DNA of 7,194 nt, from positions 1-7,194 of the forward strand of contig CAYWGS010000075.1 of NCBI GenBank assembly GCA_964457525.1, given 5' to 3'. The stretch comes from an uncultured Erysipelotrichaceae bacterium (GTDB lineage Bacteria; Bacillota_I; Bacilli_A; Erysipelotrichales; Erysipelotrichaceae). How positions within the stretch are numbered: the stretch's first letter is position 1; the number at the start of each line of letters is the position of its first letter. The translations under genes were made by a program, and so were the position numbers. Shown here one piece after another: positions 5,587-7,194 of the stretch. A model generated the notes under the pieces. The model was not told the DNA's origin, made no database searches, and saw only the letters and a list, made by a program, of their open reading frames with translations.

Positions 5587-5611
5587 ATATCGAGTTTATA
5601 TACGTATTAGA

Positions 5612-6790
5612 CTAAGGATTAACGATAGTAGCCTTAACAGGAGCACCATTACTTAATTCAATTAAGAAAGCAGGTTTAACTGCATTATGGAGCTCATCAA
5701 AGGAAATATCCCCAGTAACACCATCGAAACTTTCTAAGGCCTCTAGAGCATCACGAATCGCTGCAGGTTCTGTAGAATCCGCATTATCAATCGCTTTAAA
5801 TAACATGTAAGCCGCATCATAAGCAAGAGCAGTTAATGCATTAGGAACTTCTTCTTTTCCATACGTTTTCTTAGTGAAAGCCGCATGACTCGCAACGAAA
5901 TCAGCTACTTGAGTATCATCGGATAATGTAGAGAAGTGAGTTGAGAAGAAAACATTATTAACATTTTGAGCTCCACCCGCTAAATCATTTAATTTAGAAT
6001 CTTCGAAACCATCTGGTCCAATAATATTAACAGTTTCAAGACCAGCAGTTGAACGAGCTTGACCAATAATCAAACCAGCATTTTTAGCATAGTCTGCAAT
6101 GAATAATACATCAAAATCTTCTGCAGCAATAGCCGTTAAAGAAGCTTTATAATCTGTATCTGCATCTGCATATGTTGCTTGTTGTACAACAGATCCACCG
6201 TTGCTTGTAAATTTTTCTTCGAATACACGAGCCAACTCTTTAGAATACTCAGAACCACCGTTAACCATAACGATTGCTTTCTTAGCTTGTAACTCGTTGG
6301 ATGCAAAGTTTGCTAAAACTTGGCCTTGGAATTCATCAATAAAGCATGAACGGAAAACCCAATTATTAACCACTTTACCATCTAAGGTAACAGCAGAGCT
6401 TGTACCTGACGGTGTAAATACTACGATTTCATTATCTTTAGCTAAAGGCGCAGACGCTAATGTCATACCAGATGTTGCTGGGCCTAAGATTGCGACTACT
6501 CCATCTTCAATTAATTTTTCTGTATTTTGTACTGCTTTTGCTTGATCATAAGCATTATCATAAACAACAAGCTCAACAAGCTTACCATCAATACCACCAG
6601 CCGCATTGATTTCTTCTGTTGCTTGTTCAATTGCATTACGTTCTGGAATACCATAAACAGATACATCCCCAGTTAATTCTAAGTTCACACCGATTTTTAT
6701 CGTGTCGGCTGAATCCTCTTCCTCAGCTGAGCAAGCCGCTAATCCACTAACAACGAGAACTAGGGCTAAAAGACTCACTAATTTCTTCAT
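5612..6790 (-). CDS. livJ: ABC transporter substrate-binding lipoprotein, LivJ/LivK-like (type I periplasmic-binding fold), 392 aa
   Basis: The signal peptide MKKLVSLLALVLVVSGLAAC ends in a lipobox (L-A-A-C) and is followed by an acidic linker SAEEEDSADT. The body resembles Leu/Ile/Val-binding proteins (IKIGVNLELTGDVSVYG, ILGPATSG). It is first in the operon with livHMGF. The ATG at 6790 is preceded by GGGAGG with a 6-nt spacer. Ligand specificity is inferred from family and context only. Confidence 0.88.
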   Translation of the reverse strand: MKKLVSLLALVLVVSGLAACSAEEEDSADTIKIGVNLELTGDVSVYGIPERNAIEQATEEINAAGGIDGKLVELVVYDNAYDQAKAVQNTEKLIEDGVVAILGPATSGMTLASAPLAKDNEIVVFTPSGTSSAVTLDGKVVNNWVFRSCFIDEFQGQVLANFASNELQAKKAIVMVNGGSEYSKELARVFEEKFTSNGGSVVQQATYADADTDYKASLTAIAAEDFDVLFIADYAKNAGLIIGQARSTAGLETVNIIGPDGFEDSKLNDLAGGAQNVNNVFFSTHFSTLSDDTQVADFVASHAAFTKKTYGKEEVPNALTALAYDAAYMLFKAIDNADSTEPAAIRDALEALESFDGVTGDISFDELHNAVKPAFLIELSNGAPVKATIVNP

Positions 6791-6819
6791 AAAATACCTC
6801 CCTTTGGTAATATGAATTG

Positions 6820-6848
6820 ATTATAAATGAAAGTTATGTGAAATACAA
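6820..6848 (-). promoter_or_regulatory. Sigma-A-type promoter of the liv operon
   Basis: On the minus strand, -35 TTGTAT (6848-6843) is followed by a 17-nt spacer and a consensus -10 TATAAT (6825-6820). The predicted leader is only about 20-25 nt, which leaves no room for a riboswitch or T-box. Confidence 0.65.
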
Positions 6849-6913
6849 TCATTTTCTTACATTATTTATGTAATTTATTTTCATTACTTTCAAGCATACC
6901 ATATATACCCTAT

Positions 6914-6945
6914 ATAAATAAAACCTATATCTTTCGATATAGGTT
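6914..6945 (-). terminator. Rho-independent terminator downstream of tRNA-Lys
   Basis: The minus strand reads AACCTATATC-GAAA-GATATAGGTT. This is a perfect 10-bp stem (6945-6936 / 6931-6922) followed by TTATTTAT. It starts 11 nt after the tRNA CCA end. Confidence 0.75.
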
Positions 6946-6956
6946 AATTTCTTAAA

Positions 6957-7032
6957 TGGTGACCCGTCAGGGACTCGAACCCTGGACCCACTGATTAAGA
7001 GTCAGTTGCTCTACCAACTGAGCTAACAGGTC
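6957..7032 (-). tRNA. tRNA-Lys, anticodon CUU, CCA encoded
   Basis: The reverse complement reads GACCTGT-TA-GCTC-AGTTGGTA-GAGC-A-ACTGA-CTCTTAA-TCAGT-GGGTC-CAGGG-TTCGAGT-CCCTG-ACGGGTC-A-CCA. It is a 76-nt cloverleaf with all four stems. The anticodon loop CTCTTAA gives anticodon CTT. Confidence 0.95.
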
Positions 7033-7049
7033 ATTTTAGATGCTTTATG

Positions 7050-7078
7050 ATTATATATCATTTATAAAATGATTGCAA
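7050..7078 (-). promoter_or_regulatory. Sigma-A-type promoter for tRNA-Lys
   Basis: On the minus strand, -35 TTGCAA (7078-7073) is followed by a 17-nt spacer and a consensus -10 TATAAT (7055-7050). The mature tRNA 5' end at 7032 is about 10 nt past the predicted start. Confidence 0.7.
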
Positions 7079-7091
7079 GAAATCTATGCAT

Positions 7092-7126
7092 AAAAAAACG
7101 TAAGCTTTATCGCTTACGTATTTTTT
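7092..7126. terminator. Bidirectional rho-independent terminator downstream of tRNA-Glu
   Basis: Stem ACGTAAGC (7098-7105) pairs with GCTTACGT (7112-7119) around a 6-nt loop. It is flanked by A7 (7092-7098 region) and T6 (7121-7126). On the minus strand the hairpin is followed by TTTTTTT. Confidence 0.85.
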
Positions 7127-7131
7127 GCATT

Positions 7132-7194
7132 TGGTGACCCGTACGGGATTCGAACCCGTGAATGCATGCGTGAAAGGCATGTGAGTTAACCGTT
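7132..7194 (-). tRNA. tRNA-Glu, anticodon UUC, CCA encoded; 5' portion cut off by the window edge
   Basis: The reverse complement ends ...CATGC-CTTTCAC-GCATG-CATTC-ACGGG-TTCGAAT-CCCGT-ACGGGTC-A-CCA. The anticodon loop CTTTCAC gives anticodon TTC. The T-arm and 3' acceptor match the Bacillus-type tRNA-Glu 3' half as I remember it. The acceptor 5' strand and part of the D-arm lie beyond 7194. Confidence 0.9.

Noticed and set aside
6850-6890. Possible CodY boxes upstream of the liv promoter (CATTTTCTTACATTA at 6850-6864; TATTTTCATTACTTT at 6876-6890)
   Set aside because: Each matches the AATTTTCWGAAAATT consensus at only 10 of 15 positions, a level expected by chance in AT-rich intergenic DNA. 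CodY control of BCAA transporters is biologically plausible, but the sequence alone does not support it. It would need a PWM scan with a genome background or ChIP/EMSA.
506-7032. Genomic island integrated between tRNA-Lys and tRNA-Leu
   Set aside because: There is no integrase or recombinase, and no direct repeat of a tRNA 3' end that could serve as an att site. The only shared sequence is the generic T-arm GGTTCGAGTCCCT. I could detect no compositional break by eye, and the cargo is housekeeping-type.

Overview
This looks like a low-GC, Firmicutes-like chromosomal segment, and every feature I can support lies on the minus strand. Reading right to left, the window opens with a truncated tRNA-Glu(UUC) and then tRNA-Lys(CUU). 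Each has its own terminator, and tRNA-Lys also has its own sigma-A-type promoter. Next comes a six-gene operon (about 6848 to 1550). It encodes a LIV-I/HAAT-type amino-acid ABC transporter: a lipoprotein substrate-binding protein, two permeases (LivH-like and LivM-like) and two ATPases (LivG-like and LivF-like). A tightly coupled CBS-CBS-ACT protein (AcuB-like architecture) follows, and the operon ends in a rho-independent terminator. After that come a separately promoted thioredoxin-reductase-family flavoprotein and a separately promoted tRNA-Leu(UAG) with a bidirectional terminator. The leftmost 465 bp has no long ORF. It contains a perfect 19-bp palindrome, a GC-rich hairpin, a 39-codon ORF whose N-terminus resembles the ESPR signal-peptide extension of type V secreted proteins, and an ORF fragment running off the window edge. 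I see no CRISPR array, transposase, integrase or recognisable defence system. The points most worth follow-up are the CBS/ACT protein embedded in the transporter operon, the TrxR-like enzyme that lacks the NADPH-binding residues, and the unexplained left-hand region. All five plus-strand ORFs in the track look like antisense artefacts. Three minus-strand ORFs in the track appear over-extended at the 5' end, and I give corrected starts. All family assignments come from motif recognition by eye; no database search was possible.
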